From Phoronis australis (lineage: Eukaryota > Animalia > Phoronida): DNA of 64,000 nucleotides. The position numbers and the translations under genes were made by a program. How positions within the stretch are numbered: the first letter of the stretch is position 1; each line of letters starts with the position of its first letter. Shown in pieces: positions 51,946-64,000 of this stretch. A model generated the notes under the pieces. That model searched no databases and was not told where the DNA came from. It was given only the letters and a program-made list of their open reading frames with translations. The stretch lies in contig NMRA01000273.1 of NCBI GenBank assembly GCA_002633005.1, positions 129,555 to 193,554 of the forward strand. Direction: 5' to 3'.

Positions 51946-53744
51946 GTTTTTTTATCTGTTCATTGTGTTCTGCCTGCTTGAAGAATCATGGTGAAAGGTG
52001 GCAGGTGTGATTTTACTGAGGAGAGCAATGCCAACTTGCTTTGCACCCACTAAAAGCTATTTTAAGTTCACTAGCATTGCTCTGTTTAGTGGGAATGTTT
52101 AAAATACTGATCATTCCTTGTATTTGCAGTGTATGTGATGCTCATGGTGGTTGCTGGCTGCGTTGCTCTTGTTCAAAGGCCGATTAACTTTCTGCATGTA
52201 TTGGAAATGATACCAAATGTTTTGTAACAATAGCGCAGTACACACCATGCTCGTTATAGACTAAAATGTTCTTAATCTTCATTTGTATGGAGGAATTTGT
52301 GAAAATAAAATTTCCCTCGTTAGTGTGCTAATTAGGTGATAAGGTTATCTTTGTTTTAATTTAGAAATTTAGAATCCTTGCCTAACTAATATTTTGCAGG
52401 GTTAATTTTAAATCTGAATTTATGGAAATTTGTTCTTATTTACATACCACCGTTATTTTCTCAAGCTTTTCAAATTCATGCTTCATAAAAACCTGTAGGT
52501 TAATGGACCTTAGCCTGTACGCTTGACATTCATTGCATCATTTTTCATTTTACATGACTATTGCCAGGGTCGTAATTTTAATATATTCGCGCTCATTTCC
52601 ATCTCAACTAAATGTGTTTTCACGTTTGGATGGTTTCGGAACGCAGCTCTTGCTTTTTGAACTGATGAGTTGACAGGGTGCTTTAATTTTTTAGATGGTC
52701 GCACATTGTTGTTCTTCATAAGGCTGGTGGTCCCAGGAACAAGGAGGCAGATTCGGAATCCCCAATCCTGTGCCTGTTTCAAGCCTGCCAAGCACCAGTA
52801 AGTCAATAGTCATCACTCATGTAACTGCTCTTTCCCTGTAGTACAAGTGAGTTTTACTCGACTAAATGCCCCTCTCCAACTTTTGTTGAGAATTTTCAAT
52901 TATGTGCCCACTCCTCAAGTACTGTCCCTTTCGTAATTTACTTCGCCAAATTGATTTTCAAAACAGCAAGGTGTTCTTTCAAATACGGAAATGTGGTCAA
53001 TTTCAAGTCACACTGTAATTTGCGGTCATCGCTGGGGGTTGTATTCTAATAGTGCCTTCTAGGAGACTATAGTCAGCAACAGACTCTCATTTAATGCAAC
53101 AAGTTTATTTTCCAAAGTATATGTCGTTTTTCAAAGTTTTTAAGAGCATTCCCATCTTTGTTTACATCCAAAGGTGAAGTGGCAGAAGCAACATACATGG
53201 TAGGGTCACACGTCATTTTGTGGCTGACCCATTTTTTCCATGTATGTCATGCATTCATTGCCGTGAATGCAAATTCAAATCACTCTGCTTAAAGTTAAAG
53301 TATTAGAGACTTTTTATTACTTGCTTACTGTTGAATATGTGAACAACGTGCTCTAAGTCAGAAAATTTATCTTTGTGAACTGTGCTCTGCATTGCTCCTG
53401 TGAATAAATACTTGCTTTGGCCAAAGCATACAATGCCAGGTGGGAGTCTTTTGCTAGGAAGTTTATCAATCATCCCAGTTGCAAAATTTGATTGCAAACA
53501 AAAGGAGAGAGTTTGAGCTTTGATTTATTTAACTTTGCATCTTCAAAAACTTTGTTGACAATCATATGGTGGGTCAATCCTTGAAAAGTCAGAGTATGTT
53601 TCAATGTGTCATTTCTTCTTTCTCAAGTTGCACACTCAGCTACTTGAAAATACCTGTCATTTAGACAGCGGTGATTCACCTTTGGCAGCTAGCCCAGCTT
53701 CAAATTCTTTTGGTCCATAGACTTAAATGTGGGGCGACTGTCTG

Positions 53745-54484
53745 CAAGGTACCTAAACTACACGGTCAACGGACTCAAAAACACGGGAACGGACACATGA
53801 ACACGACTCGCGGACCGGCAAACACCGTCCACTGACTCACAAACACGGGAACGGACTCACAAAACACGATCCACGCACCCAAATACACGGGACACGGACT
53901 CATATTCACGAGGAAACACGGTTAACGGACCGCCAAACACGATCCACGCCGATAAAGCATGCAATAAACACGGGACACGGACTCATCGCCTTCCTAGGTC
54001 AGCCTCAAGATGGCGTTGATCTGGTTAGCGATCAGCGCTCTCTTGAGGCTTGCGGACGAGGATGCTTCCCAAGTCGCTAGTCTCACTGTCAAAATTAAGA
54101 TTTGATATTACAAACAGGTTTGGAAAGTCAATAAATTGCAGAACGAATAATTAGTTTCAATAATGTTTATTGTTTCTAAATCACAACAATTACATCACAG
54201 TACAGACAAAAATAACATCAAAAATATATTTAATCTCGCACCCATTACACAGCTGTCAACGCTGAAGTTGACATTTTGTCCGTTGACCGTGTTTGGCGGT
54301 CCGTTAACCGTGTTTCCTCGTGAATATGAGTCCGTGTCCCGTGTATTTGGGTGCGTGGATCGTGTTTTGTGAGTCCGTTCCCGTGTTTGTGAGTCAGTGG
54401 ACGGTGTTTGCCGGTCCGTGAGTCGTGTTCATGCGTCCGTTCCCGTGTTTTTGAGTCCGTTGACCGTGTAGTTTAGGTACCTTG
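53745..54484. mobile_element. 740-bp foldback-type non-autonomous DNA transposon with ~197-bp near-perfect TIRs and a 5-bp TSD
   Basis: GTCTG at 53740-53744 and 54485-54489. Termini CAAGGTACCTAAACTACACGG / CCGTGTAGTTTAGGTACCTTG. The arms are built from CACGG/ACGGAC subrepeats and differ at only about 2 positions. Confidence 0.93.
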
Positions 54485-54585
54485 GTCTGGCTCAGGTGAA
54501 GTGCCCATCTCTGGGTTAAGCGCCCGTTTCTGGCCTAAAGATGTATTTGCGCACTCCTAACTATGCTAATGTATAGCAGGAACTA

Positions 54586-54868
54586 AGCAACAATGCTGTT
54601 TTAACATAAATTTAGCTAAAGAAAGTGCTGTTGTATTCATTGACAACTTGTACATATAAAAACAAAAAGTATGCAAATTGGTGACCTTTGCACTAATGAC
54701 GTACATCGTGCGTTCACATAGCCGGCATCATGAAATGTTATTCCCAACACCCCGTCACGGTACTCACTGGACTAACTTGAATGATTTACGGCATATCATT
54801 TTTGACAAAAAACATGTTCTTGAAAACATTTGGCAATTTTCAACATACTTCATATTCACATCGTAGCT
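54586..54868 (+). repeat. Interspersed repeat copy B, homologous to 340-608
   Basis: See copy A. It carries a single diverged copy of the 26-bp unit (CAACAATGCTGTTTTAACATAAATTTA). Confidence 0.85.
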
Positions 54869-57288
54869 GGGCTCGCCATTTTAGCTGCAAATGTTTATGG
54901 TAATATCAATTTTTGAAAATGTGTATTAGTAGGATAGTTTGGAAATGTGTTTTGGTAGGATAACATATCTTGTTAGTGTGTTGAGGAAAACTAACCAATT
55001 TGTGTATTGGGACATATCTTTACAATAAGGACAATTATCTCTGATTGAGCTGATTCTTTCTTGGGTAATTTAGATTTAAAATTAAAGTCTGGGTTTGACA
55101 CATTTCCACTGTAGGATTTCTGGACATGATTTTCTCAATGTGAAAAACTGTAAAAACCTGATAGTTTTGGATGTACTGGTATTAAATCTCCTAGCAACTG
55201 TGACAATTCCTTTGTGAATGATTTTATACACTGAATTATGGGCAACTGCCTGAGGCCCGTGGACAACCGGCGTTTATCTGCATATACCTGTTTTGTATTT
55301 TAGAGTTATTAATTTTACGTTGTGTTGGTTATGTCGGGTTTGTTACTGAGTGTGTTTTAACATACTGTAAGTAAGATTGTGACTGACTTGGTATTTTGTT
55401 TGCTTCATAAAACTGGATGCATCTGCAGACTCATTGAATATATTTAGGTATCCAGATTGCTGTTGATAACAAATTACAACTTTGTCACCTTTATTGTCAA
55501 TACTGGTGCACAAAATCTTGTTAATCACCACAGGGCTTTATAATCCACCCTCCCCAAGATAACTTCTCAAAATTTGATTTTCCATTATTAATTTGCCAGC
55601 CTCTTTCACTGTGCAAGGTTTATAGTCCTTTATTACTGGGGCTATGTTGGGACGATGCAGGGGACATAACTCCCCGCTTCCCACTTGAGAAACACCACTG
55701 TGTTCTTTCTGTCACTGTTGTTTCTGCTCATGTTTTTTGTGAATAGGCTTCAGTCAGTGGTTTCACAGCATGCCATCTGCTTTGATCCTTCTCTCCCTGG
55801 CTCTGTACATACTTCGGGTCCCTATTGTTTGTAAACACCAAACCTTGCGTTGCATAAACTTGGTTCTTTCAAGTCTTACGTTTTTTCCTTCATCGATGTG
55901 TGGTGAACTATAGTAGTGTATAACTCAGTCAAACACATCGGAACACTTTCTCAGCGTGCCAATCCCTTTTCGACTAAAATCTGCCTAATGTAAATAGCAG
56001 ATTGTTTCCATCCAGTTTTGTTTACAAAGATCCAGCAGCAGTGACCACCGACACGTAGGTCGAAAAAAGAAATGTATCATGCTTTTTGAATAATTCCATG
56101 TAGCCTTATTAACGTTCTAGACTGGTACATATTTTTGTGCTACATATTCAGTGAGTAAAAACATCTAGTTTATCTTTTCACTTGTGCATTCTCATCTCTT
56201 GCAGCTGGAGGGGTGCAATTATTTCTAGGTTTCTGGGGCACTGTCAGCGTCATGTTGCATTAACATTTTTTCCCATCATTTCCAGTTGGGTTATATCAAC
56301 ATTACCAAAGCAGCATATGGTCTTATTATGTAACACTGCAGCAGTCCGTCTAAATCAAAAAGACATCGCGTATTTATTTCAGCATTATCCCGGCTGAATG
56401 TTGCTGTGTTTAAGCCTCGGTTACCTGTTGTTAGGCGATCCTAAATGATCACCACTGTGTGGACACAATGTATCCTAATGGATACATGATTCACCACAGG
56501 GCTTTATGCTTTGCTCATTTTTAAGAATGGAAAAGGTTCATCCTGTTCACTGACGTAACGTAACCTGAGCTTAATATAAAATGATATTGCAAATTTTATC
56601 ACAATCAACGCATATTAAAATGATTAATATAAACACTCGCAGATAAAACCAGGTCCCTTTTCCAGTAGAAAATTCATGGCATTCACTATCCGTATATATG
56701 TATATATATGTGTGTGTGTCTGTGTGTGAATTTGTGCCTGTATTGTCTTGGATGTTTTTGTATTGTTTCCAAGACCTCCCGACTTAGGAGCTTAAACTAT
56801 GTCTTATATGTGGTGTTTCTGGTCCAGTATTCTGAGGGGTGGTCACATTGTGGTGCCATCAACGTTGGTAGGTATGGCAGCACACATCGTCCACAGAAAG
56901 GCTGGGATTTTGCTGTGTGATAGACACCACCATATAAGCATCTCCATCAGTGATGTCTCCAAGTGAATGGGTGTTAAGTTTCCACTATCTCCCTAAGTGC
57001 ACTAGATTACCTGCTAGTGTTATCATCCCTTCCTAAGTCAGCAAAGCAACAGTTGTCTGAATGAGTGCGTTCCAAAGTTCATGTTAAGCCAACTACAGGA
57101 CCCCTTGTTTTTCCTCTCTGTCCTTGTTTGTCATTGACATTGTTTTTGGTATGGACTTTGAACTGTCTGGAGAATTTTGTAAATATTGTCATGTTCAAAC
57201 CATCTTTCTTTCTAACGTCACTTCGCCATTAAGGAAACTTTGTTTTTCAATACTCCCCTTATTTTTCGTTATTGGTTACCGATAAAAT

Positions 57289-57510
57289 CTCACCAATTTA
57301 GGACACAATATGGTTGACAAGTGAAATTTTCTTTTCTGATTTTTTCATTAAAGATACGCATCACCAAATAAGTGCGTTTCTACTTGCAAGATCTGTACTG
57401 TAACTACACTAAGGCAATATGTTAAGACATTGTGGGTATTCACAACAGTGTTAGAAGCCTTTAAAATGAGTGAAGTGCTATCATGGCAATTATTTTTGTC
57501 CACAATTAAT
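57289..57510 (+). repeat. Interspersed repeat, homologous to 45302-45559
   Basis: CTCACCAATTTAGGACACAATATGGTTGACAAGTGAAATTTT and a downstream AAGTGCTATCATGGCAATTATTTT. Confidence 0.75.
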
Positions 57511-59599
57511 ATGATTTAGCCATCCTGTTTGCTAGTGATATCCGAGTTACTGCTTGTTCTCTGATTGAAACTCTAGAAGGCATCCTGTCGGACTGAAGTT
57601 GACCTTTGCTGTTGCAAGCGAGTTGGACAACTCCTCAGTTTAATCCACCCTTTCTAGAAGGAGTTGCAACCGCTTGACAGTCTGTGACTTATGCTTACCC
57701 TAGGAACTGAAACTCTTCTAAACAGGAGAGTTTCGATGTCGATGGGAAAGTGGCTTGAATTTAGTTAACTTGCCGAACAGGGCAACATTATGCGGGACTT
57801 GTCTATGAACCGTTTTGAATGAGTGAGTGCGTGGTGCTTAAACATGTTTGTTACAAATCTTTCATAATTTTTGTGAACTGCAACTTACTGTTCCGCCATT
57901 TCACTCTGATCCTTATAATTTGTAGGGATTAGTTTGTCAATTGTATTACTGGTAGGGTCACATTATGTTATTAATGATTGCTCTTTGTACATGTTGTGCT
58001 TTGGGCCTCTTTTCTGGAATATACAAACCACTCACACTTCAAGTTGCTTTCTAAATCTACTGCAGTTATTCCTAAGGAAGCATTTTAAATCCAGTCACAC
58101 TAATCTTTGCTGTTAACTTGATGACTCAAATGTCTCTCCACTAAAAGCTCTTCATATCCTTTCTGGGCAAATATAATATTTAAACGGTTGTTCTGCTGGC
58201 CTGGGGACTGTTGACATAGCCAGGGGATTGCAACAGTTTGTTGAAGCACAACTCCCCTTGAGATGGCGCCCCACTGCTAATCTTATCTGGTGCATCTAAT
58301 ACCTGTCTTGATGGCACAATATTTTGAAAAGGGCTTTCCCACACAATGCTGAAGCCCTGCTGTCAGTTTGCTATCCCCTCATTGATATTGAAAAGCCCTG
58401 TTTCATGTTTCTCTTATGGAGCTGGCTTCGGGCAAAAGTCAACGTTAGAGCCCCGTGTAATTTGTCTGTCTCCGCTGGTTTTTGTGAATCGAAAAGAGAC
58501 AACAATACGGCTTTGTCTGGATGACTCCAACGATGAAAGAGAAAAGTCATCCGATTACTTGAATCACAGCAATTCAATTTGAGATTTGAGAGAGTGTATT
58601 GAATTCTCTCAAGTTCCTGTACATGCACATATCTACCTGTTGTAAGAGAGGTTTCGTCACAAGATACTTTCAGAACGGATCAAATGCATTTGCCCTCATG
58701 ACAATAAAATTTTTGATCAACACGGTGGAATATCAATAGTATTCTTTAATTAAAACCTAATTAGTTCTGGACTCGCTTCTAGAATTTTGGTCGTTGTTCA
58801 AGTTATACACCTGTGTCCTAAATTTGTTTAGTTGTTTAATTTTGATTTTTTTTCTTGTTAATCATGTGTGCCTGCCCCCAACCCCCCCACCCCCTCCCTC
58901 GCCTGCTTGCGTGATACTGGTTAAAGACTTTCTCTGTCTTAATATGCTGAGATATTATCTGAGGTAGCTTTGTTCGTATTTTAGAACGGAATGTGTTGGG
59001 CCAAAATTAATATTACTGTGCTCGTCCCGTCCCCCGGTTACTGACCATAGCACTTAAATTGGAGAACTCGGAAATGGCTGTGTTGGCATTAAGGTGTTTA
59101 TGAGTGTTTTTGAGAAGACTGGAGTGAACACGTACCCAAACAGTCAATGGGACTAACGCTCAGAGAATTACAATGACGTTGGATTTCACATGCTGGAGAC
59201 ATACAAAACAATTTAGTAAAGGGTTTACCATCTATAAAGGAGTGATCGCTGACGGTTGTTCGTTTGTGTGACCCAGCTTTTTACACAGCACATCTTTAAA
59301 TTTCTCAATGCAGACATTGCACGCGTAATGAGTTGGCCCCACACTGCTTACCCGAGTGCTTTCACGGTTTTTTGTACACTATACATTAACATTAGAATAC
59401 GCAAGAAGTCAAAAGAACCATTTCGTGTCTCCTTCGGTAGAGAGCAGGAGCACACTAGGTATTTTTCCCAGCCGAATAAGACAAGGTTCTACCAAAACTG
59501 ACTGGCTAATGGTTTGTCATATGAGCAAAAGTTGCAAACTTGTGAGAGCTAAAATTGTGATGAAATGGGTGCTCATCAAGTCGTTACTTGAGGAAATCT

Positions 59600-59960
59600 C
59601 AATTATATAAATTGCACATAAAGTCGAGCATTTATGCGTAAAACGAATATTTCAAAAATTCGATTGTGGGACAAGGCGAGCATGGCATTGACCTGAACGA
59701 GTATGGTAAGCTGGTTTCCCTTTGTGCGACTGACAACATTTTATTTACCATCTTGACCAACTAATTTCTCAGTTGGTAAAAACGAAATATTTGTACAGCA
59801 AAACAAGGAGCTTGCCAACAATGAAACGTGTTCTTCGTCCACCGAAAACCAAAAGCATCTTGAGGATGGCCTTGCAAAAATGTGAAATTCCATTGACTAT
59901 CGGTTATTTGATGTGATGGCCCCTGATTGTTTCTCAAGTGGTCTCCCTTTACAATGACAC
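59600..59960 (+). pseudogene. Possible decayed hAT-like transposase fragment
   Basis: 59684-59737 translates GIDLNEYGKLVSLCATDN, similar to the hAT GI..KLV...(T/S)D(G/N) catalytic segment. Surrounding frames are broken. Confidence 0.3.
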
Positions 59961-61199
59961 CTTATGATCTAGTCGAAAGCACACCTTGACATCCCTGGGA
60001 CTCCCGACAAGCCTCAGGTGCTATTCAAAAGATGACAGTTGGCCACAAATGATAGTTCAGATCTATTCACGTGAAGATTTCCCTCTTGAAATTCACTAGG
60101 TCCAGTCAGGCTGATATAATAATATGGTTGGTATCTTTGGTTGGAGTGCTGTGCTCCAAGGCTACCCTGTCAAGCCATTATAAGCGCCTGTTACTGCATT
60201 TATTTCTGGTCTGCTTGTTAGTCAATAGCAAACCTCTGCTGACTTAGCTTTGAAATCAAGTTGTATCAAATTTTTGATATCCATCAACTAACTGCAGTAT
60301 TTTGTGTGGTTTGATTAGGTGCTGTTCTGTGAGCTGTTTTGTCAGGGCGTTCCACAAATGGGTCCACAATTCAGACACCTGTATCTTTTTCCATTCCACT
60401 CCAGCATTTTTTTTTCTTTGGCTTTGTTAGTTTTTAGCAGTTGAATCATATGTTTTTTCATCCAATGTTCAACAAGCAAACAGTCTGTCCCACTCACAGA
60501 CAAGCAGTGTTTACTTTGCTTTTTACTTTACCTGTTTACCTGCTCAGTGCAGTGAAGGGTGGTCCCTTGTGCTGTCCAGGATGTTTCTCCACTAAACAAT
60601 CAACCCTCCCTCATTAGTGTCTACCTCATTGTTGTTCAAGTCAGTGGTAGAATAACACTGATAAAGGTTTCCATTACAATCAATATGTCCTCTTGATGTA
60701 TCAGGGGTCTTTTCGATGAAGCCGTGGTCACAAGAGAGCACTGGGCACTTGCCAATTGTTTTGTCTTCTGCAGGCACCCAGGCACCCCCTGTGTCTGGCA
60801 CTCCTGGTTGTGAAAACTGCCCAGCACACTTTGTGCTGCAGGAGTCCAGTTACAATAATACTTGTAAAAAACCCTGAAAATTAATTTTCCCAATTGGAAC
60901 TTTTCCTGGATTTGTAAAACTGGGCTCATGTTGGGTTAATGGTGTCTGTGTGCCTATAGTAGTATACCTCAATTGGTTTAAAGACATATCTCTTTGTTTT
61001 TAGAAATAAATGACCACAAATGTGGAACTAAGACTAAGTGGGAGATGCTGAGGTCTCACCGTTAATTTCTCCTCAACCTGTGTTTAACCTTGCTGGCTTC
61101 GTCAACTTTGAAGTCCGGTAATCTGATCATCTTTGCGATGGGGCCAACCCACAAGTTATGAATGAATTGTCTAGCTCGCGCTTGCAACGGCACCTGTGA

Positions 61200-61400
61200 T
61201 TGGACATCAGGTGTGTTGATTGAAAGCTGATTGTTTGGTCGGTTAATATTGATATTGGACTGTTTGTCTTTCTGTTTATCCCAGTCCACGGGTGGGAACT
61301 GCTCAACGATTCTTATCGTCCATGAAAGCCTTTCGTGCAATTCTCATTTTGTTGACAGGAAGTGTACCGTCCTTATTGGCATTATGGGCAGATTTATTCA
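61200..61400 (-). pseudogene. Possible decayed LINE ORF1 C-terminal fragment
   Basis: PIRTVHFLSTK*ELHERLSWTIRIVEQFPP...QLSIN resembles the RPI.vkF...I.EQFP...L.In pattern of CR1/L2/L1-type ORF1 proteins. Motif recall only. Confidence 0.3.
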
Positions 61401-62094
61401 TCGTAATCTATGCTAGCTGATAATGTGGCTATTATTCAGCCTTGGTCTCTCTGTTGATTCTACCTGAATGGAGGGGTTGATTATTTTGTTAACTAACAAT
61501 CTTTGGCTTACTAAAATCATATACCTGCCTGTCTCATAAATGGAGGGTTTCTGCTTAGTTGTTATTATTTCTAGACCTGATAAGTCATCCGTCTAATAAT
61601 CGAAGCGTCAATGGAATCGCATGTTGTGTTGAAAGAACTTTGAAAAACAATTATTCGTCATTTAATTCTTCCTTGTAAAAACACCAACCTTATCTCAGAA
61701 TGCGCTCAGTCAATGATTTTGTAATTTTCAGCCCGAGTTGTTGTTCTGTTTTTCACCTTCTCTGTTCCTTTTTGCCTTACAATATTATCAGCAGCTTGTC
61801 CAACCCCCTTGTGTGCAATCTGATAGAGGGACTGGTCATCCTATTCAGGTGTGTACACTCTGTTGAGCCCAGTGTTGTTTACAATGGAAGAATATCATCT
61901 GTGAGTGATGGCTGGATGAACATCAAAAAGCATTTGTGGTCTGAATGGCTCTAAGATAAATTGGGGGGGAGCTTTCACTATAGGAATGTCTCCAGTATGA
62001 ATGTGATCAAAGATGAGCATCTTCTGGCCACTCCCAGGCATACAAAGTACCTCATCTATGCCCTAATCTGACCAACCCCAGGCAGACACAGTAC

Positions 62095-62107
62095 CCCCCC
62101 CCCNCCC
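62095..62107. other. Ambiguous base or assembly join (N at 62104) within a poly-C run
   Basis: An N is present in the sequence. Confidence 0.9.
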
Positions 62108-64000
62108 ATCCGTGCCTTAGTAGTCCCCAACTAGTTTATGTTCGAGCCATGTAAAGGTGGACAAACGTGTAAACTGAGGACATCAAAGTGATTTGTCATT
62201 TTAAAGTGAGATTTCGTAAAATTTGGGCTAATGCTCGTTCCAATCTAGGAAGCTTAACAAGTATTGGGTTCACTGCTCAGTTGTCCCCAGAGTTAAGCAC
62301 TGTGTGTTAAGTATTGCCTATCAATATTCACACCATTGACTTTCTAATTGTCAATAAATTACTTCGCTACCCTGCCAAGCTGCCAATAGGTGATTGACGG
62401 TTGCACTTCTCTGGTGAGACAAATTGACACAAAATCAATGCAACTGTTTTGATTTTGTTATTAATACTATGTGCAGTCCCAGTCTGTTCTATACTGTATC
62501 TGTGCATTTGGTGCAGTGTGTGATGTTTCTCTTTCTGGTATCAGACTTGAAAAATTAGGAGAGACACATTCTGTTTCTTAGTATATGCCTGCACGCCATG
62601 AGGTAGTCACACAAGGAAAACACTTTGAAACTTTATCTGGTGTCGTTTTCAAAAAAATTGATGAAATTTACAAACAAAAATTTCAGTCTGATTTTTGTAT
62701 TGATGTTTTTTGTTTAGTTTACGTCTGGGTTTTCACCATAAGTCCGTCAAAGCCCAACACAAAAGTTATTTAATTATTTCGAAAACTTTTATAATGTTTT
62801 GGATAATTTATCATTTCAGTAAGAGGGTTGTTTTTGATAAACCACCTGTTAAAGCTGTAAAAAGAGTGTGAATGCTTATACTGGTGAAAAGCTGTTCTCA
62901 AGCCGAGCAACTGAAGTGGACAAAATCGGCCTCGATGAGCTTTAATTTCAGGATTTGGCGTAGTTAAACGTTCATTGTGTTACCTAGCACCTAGTTGTCA
63001 AACAAGAAATGACAAAATGTTCTCACGTAACCATGGAAACTGCTCAATAATTACGTAGGTAGATTGGGAAATGGAGGCATGCATGCAATAGTTAACGGAA
63101 TTGCCACCGGGTAAACTGTCTTTGCTACAGACTTGTGTGCGTCACTCCCTGCAGTGAGATGTGGATGTCTCTTCTTCTGATGAAGAGGACACTTTTTCAC
63201 GTAAACAAGTTTTATCTGTAATTTGATGTTTGCGTTATTGGCAGGTCTGTAACAAACAACATATTGCGTGATGACCAATCTATCCTGGCAAGCTTTACTA
63301 AACTTGTTCACAAACTCCACCAAACTCATTTTTCTAGTGTTTTGGCAAGTTTTGCAACGAGACTAAAACGGCACACTGATTGCCCAACTGTTTGGCTGTG
63401 TTTGGCAACCCACCTCCACAAAGGCCAAGTTCTTTGGTGGGTCTTTGTGAAATGTGTCCTATGTGTTCTAATGGGGAGACCACAACTTATGTTGATTTTT
63501 GAATGAACCCAGCAATAGAACAACCCTCCTTTCAGTTTCTGACATACTCTGTGGGCACATATCGGCACTTGGCATAATTGCTCTTGTTAACTATATAGGT
63601 ATCACTGTATTGCTTGTCCTGACACTGACGTTAAGTTTGGTTTAAAAAATTGAACATTTCCAGCACAGTTATATGCTTTTGAAAAAAAATGAGTGTTATG
63701 TTTTAATGCAATGCATTTTATTTGAAAGAAATGGCGCCCATTTGGGCTCGTTCAGCAGATAAATTCTTACGTTGTGATCTTTGATCCAACGCAAGCTGTA
63801 GATTTGCATAATTTTACACAATCTTGAAGTTGTTATAATAAAAGTGGATTTTTCGTGTTCCTGGGTGTATCTTTTGTAACTTTGGATCAAGTTCATTCTT
63901 TGCAGAGAACAATGAAGTCCTTCAAAAATAGGATCTGAGCAGTTAAATCCCCATTTTGAATACGCGCTGTTTCCAGCAAAGGATTGTTTAAGTGTCTAGT

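Noticed and set aside
63051-63568. Overlapping ORFs on both strands
   Set aside because: No recognisable family and frames are interrupted; it may be TE debris but this cannot be supported.

Overview
This is AT-rich animal (probably invertebrate) nuclear DNA, not prokaryotic. It looks intronic or intergenic: I found no confidently identifiable host gene, operon, rRNA, tRNA or CRISPR array. Almost all listed ORFs are chance ORFs. The window is mostly transposon relics and tandem repeats. The main structure is a nested transposon cluster at 20161-25242. A Kolobok-type DNA transposon (TTAA on both sides, ~165-bp TIRs) carries a decayed THAP-domain transposase, which a ~3-kb CAGG..CCTG element splits. 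That insert holds a Penelope-like retroelement fragment (GIY-YIG endonuclease plus a decayed minimal hammerhead ribozyme) and a subterminal-repeat MITE. Other features are a young foldback element with a 5-bp TSD (53745-54484), a 110-bp hairpin MITE with a 9-bp TSD, further THAP relics, minisatellites that appear to derive from transposon sequence, and a probable haplotype false duplication at an N. I found no evidence of a new multi-gene system; any novelty is at the level of TE families and architecture.
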